This document shows, piece by piece, positions 39,868 to 49,423 of a DNA stretch of 64,000 nt. Where the stretch lies: IMG/VR virus record IMGVR_UViG_3300049571_000582, positions 32,001-96,000 of that record; one strand, 5' to 3'. Within the stretch, counting starts at the first letter, position 1, and each line of letters starts with the position of its first letter. Under the pieces are notes generated by a model, which worked only from the letters and a program-made list of their open reading frames with translations, had not been told where the DNA came from and searched no databases. Origin of the DNA: a virus. The translations under genes and the position numbers were made by a program.

Positions 39868-40347
39868 TCAGTTGACGAAGATCGCCGTCGCGTCCTTCGC
39901 ACCATTGGCGGCGGCGCGAATGAGGGCGATGGCATTGGCCTGCTGACTGGCAGGATCGACGGCGGTCGTGTCGATGCGATTCTGTACCAGAAGACCGATG
40001 GCATCGACGAGCTCGCTGACGATGAGCTTCTGCTTGGAGGTGGCGCTGAGTTTGCCGATTTCATTGGCAGCGAGGACGCGCAGCGTGCTGAGGTCGATCG
40101 TGCCGTCCTTCGTGGAATCCAGAATGGCGGTCGCGACGTCACGGACGATCTGGGCCGTCTTCGCTGTGTCCTCGTCCTTGATCGCCACCAGCGCCGCCTT
40201 CGTGGCCAAGCCGGAGGCCAGCCGCACCGTGGTTTCGGCATTCGCCTGCTGCTGGGTCGACGTCAGGGGCGTCGTCTGGATGTTCGCACAGCCGCCAAAA
40301 CCGGCAACCGCTGCCATAATCGCCAAGGTAAAAATCGCTTTACGCAC
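39868..40347 (-). CDS. Helical lipoprotein
   Basis: GGAGG RBS then GTG 40347; MRKAIFTLAIMAAVAGFGGC lipobox-type signal. Confidence 0.7.
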   Translation of the reverse strand: MRKAIFTLAIMAAVAGFGGCANIQTTPLTSTQQQANAETTVRLASGLATKAALVAIKDEDTAKTAQIVRDVATAILDSTKDGTIDLSTLRVLAANEIGKLSATSKQKLIVSELVDAIGLLVQNRIDTTAVDPASQQANAIALIRAAANGAKDATAIFVN

Positions 40348-40472
40348 AAATGCCTCCGAGTGTCGGGAACCTTCGCAAATGGCCCCGTTGGGCCGTCGGG
40401 ACATAGATCGGGCAAGAAAGGGAAAAAACCAACGGAGGCGGGTTAAATTTTCTGTCTTCGTCATTTCCCCCA

Positions 40473-40502
40473 GTTTTACAGATGCGCACCGGCAAGGTTC
40501 AA
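40473..40502 (-). promoter_or_regulatory. Sigma70-like promoter TTGAAC-N18-TAAAAC with upstream A-tracts
   Basis: Hexamers plus UP-like A-runs in the divergent intergenic region. Confidence 0.5.
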
Positions 40503-40644
40503 GGGGTGTACAGAAACTTTTTTTGATTTTTTCTGAGGGAGATCATGGCATGATCTCTGGCACTTGAAACGCATAACACGATCGCGATTCCTTGGGGAAC
40601 TGCTGGGCTTCCTTTTGAAAAGTCCGCAGATTGATGAGTCCCTA

Positions 40645-40742
40645 TATCGGGACAAAACACCCCGCAACCGAGACAAAACGCCCCGCTATCGGGACCCCGC
40701 TATCGGGACAAAATACCCCGGAAGTGGGACACACAGGGGGGC
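40645..40742. repeat. Iteron-like ~21-bp tandem repeats (putative replication origin)
   Basis: TATCGGGACAAAACACCCCGC / AACCGAGACAAAACGCCCCGC / TATCGGGACCCCGC / TATCGGGACAAAATACCCCGG / degenerate fifth copy. Confidence 0.75.
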
Positions 40743-40745
40743 ACC

Positions 40746-40843
40746 CAGTAAGTATCTATATCAGTAAGTATATGCGCAGCGCGCTGTATATGATAATTGC
40801 GCAGCGCGCGCTTGATGTATATGACAATCAATAATTATTAAAA
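40746..40843. other. AT-rich, repeat-containing DNA-unwinding-element-like tract
   Basis: CAGTAAGTAT x2, TGCGCAGCGCGC...GTATATGA x2 and AATAATTATTAAAA in an otherwise GC-rich genome. Confidence 0.55.
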
Positions 40844-41002
40844 GGGGGGCGCATGCCCCCCAAACCCCCCGTCGGATCGGCGTTCGTCGATGTCACCCGC
40901 TAGGTGATCGGCCATGAATGACGCCTTGTTCGAAAATCATTGCCCGTTTTTTGCCCGATCACCGTGTCGCTGGACGCACACCTCCCAGCCGCTGGAGATC
41001 GC

Positions 41003-42037
41003 ATGGCAGAAATCGCACCCACCCGCCTCGAAGCATGGCTCATGGCCACGGATCGATCCCGCTCTCCGTCGGGAACCGCCGAGGGTCTTTCGCGAACGGC
41101 GCAATCCATGCTCCTTTGGCTGGTGCGATGCGGTGACGCAGGGATCTTCCCGAAGCCCAAGGTGTTCTGCGAGTTACTGCAGGTCTCGGATTCCGCCTTT
41201 TACCGCGCCAAGCAGTCGCTGAAGGCTTCCGGCCTGGTTCTCTTCACGCCTGCTGAATTTGGGGGCGAGGCCTACCAGCTCGCACCTCCGGGGAAGCCCC
41301 CCGAGATCCAGTTGGCCGCATGGAGGCAGATCAACCCACTGCTCCGCGCCCAGCAAAGCGGCCTTGACCAGACTTCGGAAACCCTCGAGGCCGCCAGTGA
41401 AACACCCGAAACTCCCACCGTCGACACGCCACCGGCTGAGCCCGCGGCTAAGCGGGCGAGGGGCGAGAGCAAGCCCAAGGCAAAGCAGGGACTCAACGAC
41501 GAGCACCGCACCTGGATCCTCACGTCCGCCGACAACCTCGATGTTTACCTTCGCTTTGGGCAAGCCGCGATCGGCAAGACGATGGCCGAGTGCGTCACGT
41601 CCGGACTCCCCAGCGCCGGCGTCGATTGGCTCGCCTTTGGGCAATCTTCGCACGAAGACTGCTATTCGCCGCAGTGGAAGGTGAATCAGTTCGCCGCCTA
41701 CTACTGGCATCTCGTCGGCCGCCATCGGGAGAAGATGGGCATTCCGCTCTCGCTGCCGCAGTGGGGGCGGCTGACTGGTGAGTTGAAGAACCTGCTCGCC
41801 ACAACGACGCATTTCAACGCCTACCAGCACCTGTACTTGCTGGGCAACCATTTTGATTTGATCCAGTTCCAAATGGGCAACTTCGGTCAGGGCAAGGTGC
41901 TCTGTGAGTCGTCCATCAACGATCAGTCCATCCGGCAAAAAGTCACGCTGATCATCACCCACGGCACGCAATGGCTGCAGGCCGAGTATGACCGCATGGC
42001 CGCTGCCACCAGGCCCGCATACCGAGGAGGGGAATAA
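41003..42037 (+). CDS. Putative replication initiator (N-terminal winged HTH)
   Basis: GGAG RBS then ATG 41003; LSRTAQSMLLWL...FCELLQVSDSAFYRAKQSLKASGLV wHTH; directly downstream of the iterons. Confidence 0.55.
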   Translation: MAEIAPTRLEAWLMATDRSRSPSGTAEGLSRTAQSMLLWLVRCGDAGIFPKPKVFCELLQVSDSAFYRAKQSLKASGLVLFTPAEFGGEAYQLAPPGKPPEIQLAAWRQINPLLRAQQSGLDQTSETLEAASETPETPTVDTPPAEPAAKRARGESKPKAKQGLNDEHRTWILTSADNLDVYLRFGQAAIGKTMAECVTSGLPSAGVDWLAFGQSSHEDCYSPQWKVNQFAAYYWHLVGRHREKMGIPLSLPQWGRLTGELKNLLATTTHFNAYQHLYLLGNHFDLIQFQMGNFGQGKVLCESSINDQSIRQKVTLIITHGTQWLQAEYDRMAAATRPAYRGGE

Positions 42038-42039
42038 TC

Positions 42040-43326
42040 ATGGCCAAGAAAGCCGAAAAAACCACCAAGGAAGAACCCAAAGAGCTCAGCGCCGCATCCG
42101 TGGCGGCGAGGCTGCGGGCTCTGCGTGCCAGCATCGACAAGGAATTCGGTGCCAACACCATGCAGACCTTTGACGGCTCCAACCTCACCCAGCAGAACTT
42201 CGAGTACCAGATTCCCTCGGGCTCGATCGGTCTCGACATCGCACTGGGACCCGTGCTGCGACAGCCCGACGGATCCTGGCAAACCGGCTTCGCCCCGGGA
42301 AAGATCGTCGAGGTCATCGGTCCGGAAAGTTGCGGCAAGAGCACCGAGTGCAACGTGATCGTCGCCAACGCCCACACGCTCGCCTTCGTCGACATTGCCA
42401 CGAAGCAGAGGAAGAACCCCAACTTTCGTGCCTTCTACGCCGACATGGAGCACACCTGGGATCCCGCCTACGCGAAGCGGTTGGGGTGCGACGTGTCCCG
42501 CATCGATGTTGTCCAGCCCGACACGGGCGAAGACTGCATGAACATCGTGGAGATGGCGGTCGGATCGGGTCTCTATGCCGTTGTCGTCGTCGACTCCGTC
42601 GCGGCCCTGATCCCAAAGTCCGAGCGTGACGGTGACGTCGGCGATGCCTCCATGGGTGCCCAGGCCAGGCTCATGTCCCAGGCCCTGCGCAAGGTCAACC
42701 CGATTCTCACCAAGTCCAAGACCCTGCTGGTATTCGTCAACCAGATCCGCCACAAGATCGGCGTCATGTACGGCAATCCGGAAACCACCCCGGGCGGGAA
42801 CGCCTTGAAGTTCTATGCCTCCTACCGGATCGACCTCCGCCGGAAGGAAACGCTCAAGGATGGCGACGAAGTCTACGGCCACGTGATCGAGGCCACGGTC
42901 TTCAAGAACAAGGTCGCGCCTCCGTATCGCAAGGCGAAGTTCGAGCTGGTCTACGGCCGCGGGTTCGACAAGTACACCGAACTGGTCGACCTGTGTCTCG
43001 GGAGGAACATCCTGGTGGCGGACTCGGCATGGATCACCTATGGCGGCAAGCCGGTCGGCCAAGGGCGGTTCCGCACTGCCGACAAGCTCCGCACCGATGG
43101 CGCTCTTGCCTATGAGCTCTATGACAAGCTGATGACGATGATCGCTGCCGAGCGGGGGTTCTATCCCGATGGTCGCGCGATCCCCGGCTTCAGCCCGGAA
43201 GAAGTCCAGTCCGGCGGCGTGGCCAGCTTCGTGCCGCTGAGTGACGAAGAGAAGGCTGCGATCGAACGCGACCAGGAGGATGAAGCGAAGTTTCTCACCG
43301 AGCTCAATTCCACGGGTGGCAATTGA
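42040..43326 (+). CDS. recA: RecA recombinase
   Basis: GPESCGKST, VVDSVAAL, QARLMSQALRK, GNPETTPGGNALKFYAS, KNKVAPP. Confidence 0.96.
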   Translation: MAKKAEKTTKEEPKELSAASVAARLRALRASIDKEFGANTMQTFDGSNLTQQNFEYQIPSGSIGLDIALGPVLRQPDGSWQTGFAPGKIVEVIGPESCGKSTECNVIVANAHTLAFVDIATKQRKNPNFRAFYADMEHTWDPAYAKRLGCDVSRIDVVQPDTGEDCMNIVEMAVGSGLYAVVVVDSVAALIPKSERDGDVGDASMGAQARLMSQALRKVNPILTKSKTLLVFVNQIRHKIGVMYGNPETTPGGNALKFYASYRIDLRRKETLKDGDEVYGHVIEATVFKNKVAPPYRKAKFELVYGRGFDKYTELVDLCLGRNILVADSAWITYGGKPVGQGRFRTADKLRTDGALAYELYDKLMTMIAAERGFYPDGRAIPGFSPEEVQSGGVASFVPLSDEEKAAIERDQEDEAKFLTELNSTGGN

Positions 43327-43712
43327 GCCGAAAAGGAGCCACCGTTAAGTCCGCCCTCCACCGGAAGGTGGTGTCGCTGGTGCGGGAGATATACCCGCTT
43401 TTTACCATCCTCGAAGAGGAGCCGGTGAAGGTGGAGGTGCGGGGCCGCAAGACCACCCTGTTTCTCGACATCTTGATCAAAGAGCTCAATGTCGCCATTG
43501 AGTGTCATGGTCAGCAGCACGGAAAGTACGTTACCCATTTTCATGGGAGTCGCGATGGATTCGCCGGCTCCCAGTTACGCGATCAAGCAAAGGCCCAGCA
43601 GCTCCAGGACCTGGGGTACTCCTTCGTCGTGGTGCATCATCACGAGCAGGACCGAATCACCGCCTCGGAGTTGCTCGACCGCATGACCAAAGCCATTGAG
43701 GGAGCATCATGA
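43323..43712 (+). CDS. DUF559/Vsr-like PD-(D/E)XK endonuclease
   Basis: LFLDILI...AIECHGQQH...RDQAK...G pattern. Confidence 0.75.
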   Translation: MSRKGATVKSALHRKVVSLVREIYPLFTILEEEPVKVEVRGRKTTLFLDILIKELNVAIECHGQQHGKYVTHFHGSRDGFAGSQLRDQAKAQQLQDLGYSFVVVHHHEQDRITASELLDRMTKAIEGAS

Positions 43713-44764
43713 GCGATTTGCCATTGGACGATTTCGTTGATTTTGGGGGCGGCGTCGTCGACGAGCCCGCCGCCGCTGCACCGCCGGCCGCCAAGCAACC
43801 GACGCAGGACACGCTCGCGAAAAAGAACGCCGACGCCACTGTCAGCGAGGCCTCGCTTCGCCCCAAACTGAGCAAGCCCAACCTTTCGATGGAGGATTCT
43901 GGCGGAGGTCCCACGGAAAAGGTCGACCGCCCGGCTCCCGCGCCGGCAGTACCCCCAGCCCCCAAGCCCGTCCCCTCTGCTGCGGGTCCCATGGATCTCG
44001 AGGAGCTCTGCAATCACTTGGCGATACAGGCGGGCATCCCCGACGCTGAGCCTGAGGGCGAGCCGCCGTCCGAGGAAACGTTTGTGCCGCAATACGAGCA
44101 CTCGGAAACCGGCGTCAAGGTGCAGCCCACGCAGGCACCCCAGGGGCCCGACATGCCGGTGCCGGCCCCGCCGACGCAACCCTCGCCACCAGCCCCTGTC
44201 GTCGCCTCGAAGGCCGTCGCCACCGACCCGGACGTCGCTGACGCGGATAACCTGTGGGCGGAGATTGAGGGCGAGATTGCCCGGCTGGACGCGGAAACGG
44301 GCTATTGCGTTTTGCGTAACCGGGCGTCTTGCGACGATTCCCGACCGCACCACGTGGCAATCCGGGAAATGCGATACAACGCGCTGAGTTTGCCCGATCA
44401 ATCAGCGTCCTACCTCGCTGCTCTTGAAGCAGCTTTGGCGGCGAATCAGGCGTACGTGCAGGGCCAGGAGAACTACTGGTCGGCACGGGCCAAGCAGCTT
44501 GGCGTCGACCGTGAGAATCTTCTGCGGGCCAAACGCAGCAAATACACCGGCTCGACAGAGAAAGCCAAGGAGGACGCCGTCATTCGCTCGGAGCCGGATG
44601 TTCGGAGGCTGCACCGCGAATACGTGAAAGCGGACGCAATCAAGTCCTACCTGGGCGACATTGGGCAGGCCTTCGCCAAGGTCGACGACGGCATAAAGCG
44701 GCTCGCCGACAATCGCCGCGATGAAGAAAACAGAGCAGGGATCGCCGCTCGGCGAAATACATAG
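43709..44764 (+). CDS. Pro-rich protein with C-terminal coiled coil (possible UvsY-like recombination mediator)
   Basis: Helical C-terminus (TEKAKEDAV...); lies between recA and dnaB. Function inferred. Confidence 0.45.
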   Translation: MSDLPLDDFVDFGGGVVDEPAAAAPPAAKQPTQDTLAKKNADATVSEASLRPKLSKPNLSMEDSGGGPTEKVDRPAPAPAVPPAPKPVPSAAGPMDLEELCNHLAIQAGIPDAEPEGEPPSEETFVPQYEHSETGVKVQPTQAPQGPDMPVPAPPTQPSPPAPVVASKAVATDPDVADADNLWAEIEGEIARLDAETGYCVLRNRASCDDSRPHHVAIREMRYNALSLPDQSASYLAALEAALAANQAYVQGQENYWSARAKQLGVDRENLLRAKRSKYTGSTEKAKEDAVIRSEPDVRRLHREYVKADAIKSYLGDIGQAFAKVDDGIKRLADNRRDEENRAGIAARRNT

Positions 44765-44767
44765 TCT

Positions 44768-46522
44768 ATGAAGAACACGCAGGTTAAATCTCAGCCCCAG
44801 GTGCCGGTGTATGTCGACGAGAAGGTGCTGCTGCAGGAAGAGCAGTATCTCTACGACGCACCCGCGGAGCGAGGTTTTATCGCGTGCCTAATGGCCAAGC
44901 CCGAGCTGCTCGCCGAGGCCGAGCCCGTCGTCTCGCAGGACATGATCTTTTTCCCGCTGCACAATTACATCTACCAGGTGATGAAGTTCGTGGCCAAGAA
45001 GGCCGCCCAGAACGGGTGGTCTGTTCAGTTCGACGAATTCACGGTCATGAGCGTGGCCAAGGAGATGGGGCAGGCCTATGTGGACTCATTTCTCCGCAAG
45101 ACCGATGGCATGGCCAAGTGGAACGAGCTCAAGGAAACCGCGGCGTTCGCCGATCTGACCAACTTCGGCTCCTACATGGCGACGCTCAAGGACCGTGCCG
45201 CACGGGTGAAGTTTTTCCGGATGGCTAGGCAAATGCAGCTGTCGGTCATGAACATGCAGACCAACCCCGATGTGGGGCAGGTGGCTGCAGAGTTTGAGGG
45301 GCAGATCAGCGACATCACCTTTGGCGCTGCTCGCGGAGATAGTCGGCTCACCCGCCTCGGTGAGTATGAAAACGAATTCATGACTTTTGCGGGCCTCGCC
45401 CACAAGTATCCCAACGAGCACATCTTTCACCTTCGCCATCCGCGGTTTCACTACTGGATGGATCTCATGGGCGGCGGGTTTGTGAGAAACTCGCTCACGA
45501 TCGTTGCCGCCCGCCCGAAGGTCGGCAAGTCAACGATGCTTCTGGACATCTGCATCGACTTCGCCCTCATGGGCATCCCCGTTCTATTTCTCGACACCGA
45601 AATGTCGGGCATGGAAATGTTCAGCCGGCAGCTCTCCAACCTCACCATGATTCACGAGCACGTCCTGCGCAAGGGGCGGTTCTTTGACGGGGTGAACCAC
45701 CAGCACGAGATGGCCCTCGTGCAGGAGAAGCTCGAGATGATGCGCGGTGCACCGCTGTTCTATGCCTCGGTCGCCGGCAAGCCCGTCGAGTTTGGCATTT
45801 CCATGACCCGCCAGTTCCACAGCCGCAATGTCGGCACCAAGCAGTTGGAATGGAACGGGAAAATGCACACCTTCTCCAAGCCTTGCCTCGTGGTGTACGA
45901 CTGGCTCAAACTTCCCTCGGGCTCCAGCGCGGACGCCAATGCCAAAGAATACCAGCTGCTCGGCGAGCTTTGCATGAGCCTCAAAGACACCGCCAAGCAC
46001 CTCAATATCCCGATGGTGTGCGGAGCCCAGCAGAATCGAAACAACGTCGGCAAGGACGATCGTGAAGCAATTGAAAACGCGGAAGCGTCGCTGTCAGGGT
46101 CCGACCGTCTGGCGATGTTCTGCTCGAGTCTCTGCATCCTGAGAAATCCCAGCCTCGCGATGCAGGAAGCAATTTCAACGAACTGGCCCGCGGCGAGGGA
46201 GGGGCGCAAGGGCCAGCAGTCATGGCCGTTCAATCAGGTGTTCCAAGTCATCTTCAACCGCAACGGCAACGAGTTCCGCACCGGCATTCCCATGTACATC
46301 GACCGTGGTCACTCGAAATACGAAGAGATGGCGTACACCGACGAGGTGTATGCGGCGATGGCTGCAGGGCAGCAGCCCCAGCAGAAAAAAGAGAGTATGT
46401 ATCTGGAATTCCTGCGGGAGTTCGTGCAGGCGAAGGCGTATGCAAAGGCGGGTCAGGGCGGTGCGGCGGGTGGGAAGGTCGTGAAGGTCCCCACCCAGGC
46501 CCCCCTCAAAGTTGCGAGCTAA
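44768..46522 (+). CDS. dnaB: DnaB-like replicative helicase
   Basis: AARPKVGKST, FLDTEM, VYDWLKL, AQQNR, SGSD motifs plus an N-terminal DnaB domain. Confidence 0.9.
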   Translation: MKNTQVKSQPQVPVYVDEKVLLQEEQYLYDAPAERGFIACLMAKPELLAEAEPVVSQDMIFFPLHNYIYQVMKFVAKKAAQNGWSVQFDEFTVMSVAKEMGQAYVDSFLRKTDGMAKWNELKETAAFADLTNFGSYMATLKDRAARVKFFRMARQMQLSVMNMQTNPDVGQVAAEFEGQISDITFGAARGDSRLTRLGEYENEFMTFAGLAHKYPNEHIFHLRHPRFHYWMDLMGGGFVRNSLTIVAARPKVGKSTMLLDICIDFALMGIPVLFLDTEMSGMEMFSRQLSNLTMIHEHVLRKGRFFDGVNHQHEMALVQEKLEMMRGAPLFYASVAGKPVEFGISMTRQFHSRNVGTKQLEWNGKMHTFSKPCLVVYDWLKLPSGSSADANAKEYQLLGELCMSLKDTAKHLNIPMVCGAQQNRNNVGKDDREAIENAEASLSGSDRLAMFCSSLCILRNPSLAMQEAISTNWPAAREGRKGQQSWPFNQVFQVIFNRNGNEFRTGIPMYIDRGHSKYEEMAYTDEVYAAMAAGQQPQQKKESMYLEFLREFVQAKAYAKAGQGGAAGGKVVKVPTQAPLKVAS

Positions 46523-46525
46523 GCC

Positions 46526-47683
46526 ATGCTCCAAGATCCGTGGTCTCGGACCGCGCAGGCGGTCCAGCAGCGATACGTCGACAACCCCGATCTCATTGGA
46601 GACCTTCTGGAAAAGATTGGGGCGAGGAACATCACGCCCCACGCACGGGGATCCTTTCGTTCGACCTGTCCGCTCCACGATGGCGACAACCACCAGGCGT
46701 TCGCGGTGTGGGTCGACAAGGGGTACACGGTCTGGAAGTGTCACACTCGCTGCGCTGCGCGGGGGAATCTCGCCACCCTCATGATGAAGCGGTATCAGGC
46801 GTCCTTTCAGGAGGCCGTCACCCGGCTGGCCCAGTTTGCAGGCGTGAAGATCGATGGCCCCATTCTCTGCCAGTCGATCGAACAAATCGAAGAGGAATCT
46901 CTCGCCTCGCTGACCCGGCGTCTGAAGACCAAGCCCAAGACCGAGGAGTACATCTTCGACGAGGGGATGGTCAAGCAGGCATGGGGATGGTGGCGTCACC
47001 CCGATGCGAAGCGAGCAATCCAATTCCTCACCGGACCGGTGGGAACGCTGACCGACACCGGCGAGAAGTGCAAGGGGTTTCCCAGGGAGATCATTAAGAA
47101 GTTCGAGCTGGGTTTTGTGCCGGCCAAGCAGTGGCTCCAGCACAATCCAGCGAAGAAGCACCGTCAGGCTGGGGAGCTCAACGATGGTTGGTTTGTTGAC
47201 CGAGTGGCGGTGCCGTGGCGCAATCGGACTGGCCAATGTATCGGATTCGCGGGGCGTCGCCTCGATGGCCAAAAGTATCTCAAATACCAGAACCTGCCGC
47301 TGACCTCCCGCGGCAGCGCCCTTTATGGGCTTCACTTGCCCGATGTGCGGGAGGCGATCGCGCGGACGCGGGAGGTGATCGTGGTGGAGGGCTACTGCGA
47401 TGTCCTGCGGGGCCATCAGCATGGAATCCTAAACATCACCTGCCCGGGTGGGACGGAGTTTTCGCCCACGCAGCTCCGGCTTCTGGCGCAACTAGGGGTG
47501 GAGTGGATCAACATTTTTTTTGATGGCGACCAAGCGGGGGTTCTCACTTCGGCAAGATTGGCCGATCAATGTCGCGATGTCAGCCGAATCAGGGTTGCAA
47601 GGCTTCCGGACGGAGTAGACCCGGACGACCTCTGTCGGCGAGAGGATTTTCTAGGCGGTCTGGCGACAGCGAGGCCCGTGTAG
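46526..47683 (+). CDS. dnaG: DnaG-like primase
   Basis: CPLH...CHTRC Zn finger, GFAGR, KYQN, Toprim VEGYCD and FDGDQAG. Confidence 0.92.
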   Translation: MLQDPWSRTAQAVQQRYVDNPDLIGDLLEKIGARNITPHARGSFRSTCPLHDGDNHQAFAVWVDKGYTVWKCHTRCAARGNLATLMMKRYQASFQEAVTRLAQFAGVKIDGPILCQSIEQIEEESLASLTRRLKTKPKTEEYIFDEGMVKQAWGWWRHPDAKRAIQFLTGPVGTLTDTGEKCKGFPREIIKKFELGFVPAKQWLQHNPAKKHRQAGELNDGWFVDRVAVPWRNRTGQCIGFAGRRLDGQKYLKYQNLPLTSRGSALYGLHLPDVREAIARTREVIVVEGYCDVLRGHQHGILNITCPGGTEFSPTQLRLLAQLGVEWINIFFDGDQAGVLTSARLADQCRDVSRIRVARLPDGVDPDDLCRREDFLGGLATARPV

Positions 47684-47696
47684 GAGTTTCTGGTCT

Positions 47697-48704
47697 ATGT
47701 ACAACAATGCCCCCCAAAACAATCAACAAGCGAATCAGGCACCCAATCCGCTGATTGACCAGCTGCTCAATCAGGTGGGCCAGGGACAGTTCCCGTGGCT
47801 CAATCGCTGGGAGGGCGTCGTGCAGGTGTTCCCCACGCAGAACGCACCCAACGGCTTCGTGTGGCGCAACGGCAACAACGGGAACGAAGGCCACGTCGTC
47901 ATCAGCGGCAAGATCCGCAAGGCCTGGGGTGGCCGGAGCCCCGGCGTCAAGCAGTCCAAAATCCGGATCAAATGCTACGGCCAAATGGGTCAGTGGCTGA
48001 GCAACAACCTTCAGCCCGGCATGCTGATTTACGTGAAGGGCGAAGTGATCTGCGTCCGCTTCCAAAACAACCAGGGCCAGTGGGTCGATGACACCCACGT
48101 CCAGATTAAGGAAGCCAAGCAGGGCGACGTCACATTCCACATGCTGGGGATGATGCAGGTGCTCGATGAGAGCAATCAGCAGCAGAACAACCAGAACCAG
48201 GGCAACGGCGGCGGATACCGCAACAACAACAATGGCGGCAATGGTGGCAACCGCGGCGGTCGCGGAAACGGCGGCAACGGGGGGTATGGCAACAGCATGC
48301 CCCAGAACAACTACAACCAAGGGGGCGGCGGCTACCAGAACCAGGGTGGCCAGCAGGGTGGCTACCAGGCCAACCAAGGAAATGGCGGTGCCAATGGTGG
48401 CGGCTACGGGCAGGCCCCGCAGGGTCGTCCGCAGCAGGGCCAGCCGCAGGGCGGGTACACCAACCCGGCCCCGGCCAACCAGGGCAATCAAGGAGGCTAC
48501 GGCGGCCAAGCACGCGCGCCCGGCAACGCTGGCGGCGTGCAGCAAGGTCAGGCCCCGCAGGGCCCTGTCAACCAGGAAGGGCAGGCCGCCGGCAGCTTCG
48601 CCCCCGCTCAGAATTCCCCCACGCAGAGTGCAGCCGCTGCTCCGGCCAGCGGTCCGCAGTTCAATGATGCCCCGCCGATCGACAACGACGACATTCCGTT
48701 CTGA
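47697..48704 (+). CDS. ssb: Single-stranded DNA-binding protein with long G/N/Q-rich linker
   Basis: OB-fold-like N-terminal half (G-x-LIYVKGE) and acidic DDIPF C-terminus. Confidence 0.82.
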   Translation: MYNNAPQNNQQANQAPNPLIDQLLNQVGQGQFPWLNRWEGVVQVFPTQNAPNGFVWRNGNNGNEGHVVISGKIRKAWGGRSPGVKQSKIRIKCYGQMGQWLSNNLQPGMLIYVKGEVICVRFQNNQGQWVDDTHVQIKEAKQGDVTFHMLGMMQVLDESNQQQNNQNQGNGGGYRNNNNGGNGGNRGGRGNGGNGGYGNSMPQNNYNQGGGGYQNQGGQQGGYQANQGNGGANGGGYGQAPQGRPQQGQPQGGYTNPAPANQGNQGGYGGQARAPGNAGGVQQGQAPQGPVNQEGQAAGSFAPAQNSPTQSAAAAPASGPQFNDAPPIDNDDIPF

Positions 48705-48727
48705 CCCACAAACAACGGCACGATACT

Positions 48728-48760
48728 GGGCCGGCAGGCAAGCACTGCCGGCCCGCTTTT
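48728..48760 (+). terminator. Intrinsic terminator after ssb
   Basis: GGGCCGGCAG/CTGCCGGCCC stem followed by GCTTTT. Confidence 0.65.
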
Positions 48761-48772
48761 AAGGGGGGATCC

Positions 48773-49417
48773 GTGAAGATCTATTCCATCGACCAATCGT
48801 TCAGGGGCTTTGGCCATGTCGTCCTGGAGGACGGCAAGACCATCTTCTCTGAGACCATCAACACCGACGACGAAGAGCTGGCAGGGTTCGCAAGGGTCAT
48901 CCGCCTTCACCGCTCAGTGATCGCAGTGCTCGAGGAGCATAAGCCCAACGTGGTCACCATCGAAGACTACGCGTACGGCTCGACCAGCAACAACATCACC
49001 GACATCGCCGAGTTGGTGGGCGTCATCAAATTCGAGCTCATTCATCGTCTGGGCTACTCTGACTCCCGCGACGCTCTTGCCGCAGGAACGAAAGCCCTGT
49101 CCATCCAGACCCAAAGCGAGATGAAGAAGTTCAACCTCGGAAGCGGCAACGTCAAAAAGGACTCTCGGTACCTGCTGACGGTCATGCAGCACACGGGGAT
49201 CGCGTTCGAGAACGACAACATCGCCGATGCTTTCATGCACGCCTGGAGATGCGGCATGAGCATTGGGGTGCTCCAGGGGCGGGTCGAGGTTTCCGGCCTT
49301 CCAAAGCATCAGCAGGAATCACTCATATCCGCTGGCGTAAAGCGGACCAAGGGGGTCAGCATGGCCAAGGCGCTCAAGCTGCCCGAACAACAGAAACGCA
49401 ATCTTGTGGGGTACTGA
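48773..49417 (+). CDS. ruvC: RuvC-like Holliday junction resolvase
   Basis: IYSIDQS, TIEDY, KKF, DNIADA acidic motifs. Confidence 0.82.
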   Translation: MKIYSIDQSFRGFGHVVLEDGKTIFSETINTDDEELAGFARVIRLHRSVIAVLEEHKPNVVTIEDYAYGSTSNNITDIAELVGVIKFELIHRLGYSDSRDALAAGTKALSIQTQSEMKKFNLGSGNVKKDSRYLLTVMQHTGIAFENDNIADAFMHAWRCGMSIGVLQGRVEVSGLPKHQQESLISAGVKRTKGVSMAKALKLPEQQKRNLVGY

Positions 49418-49423
49418 TTCACC

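Noticed and set aside
40645-40742. CRISPR array or short coding ORFs (40564-40767, 40631-40834)
   Set aside because: The repeats are directly tandem without unique spacers and there is no cas operon. The ORFs simply translate the repeats.
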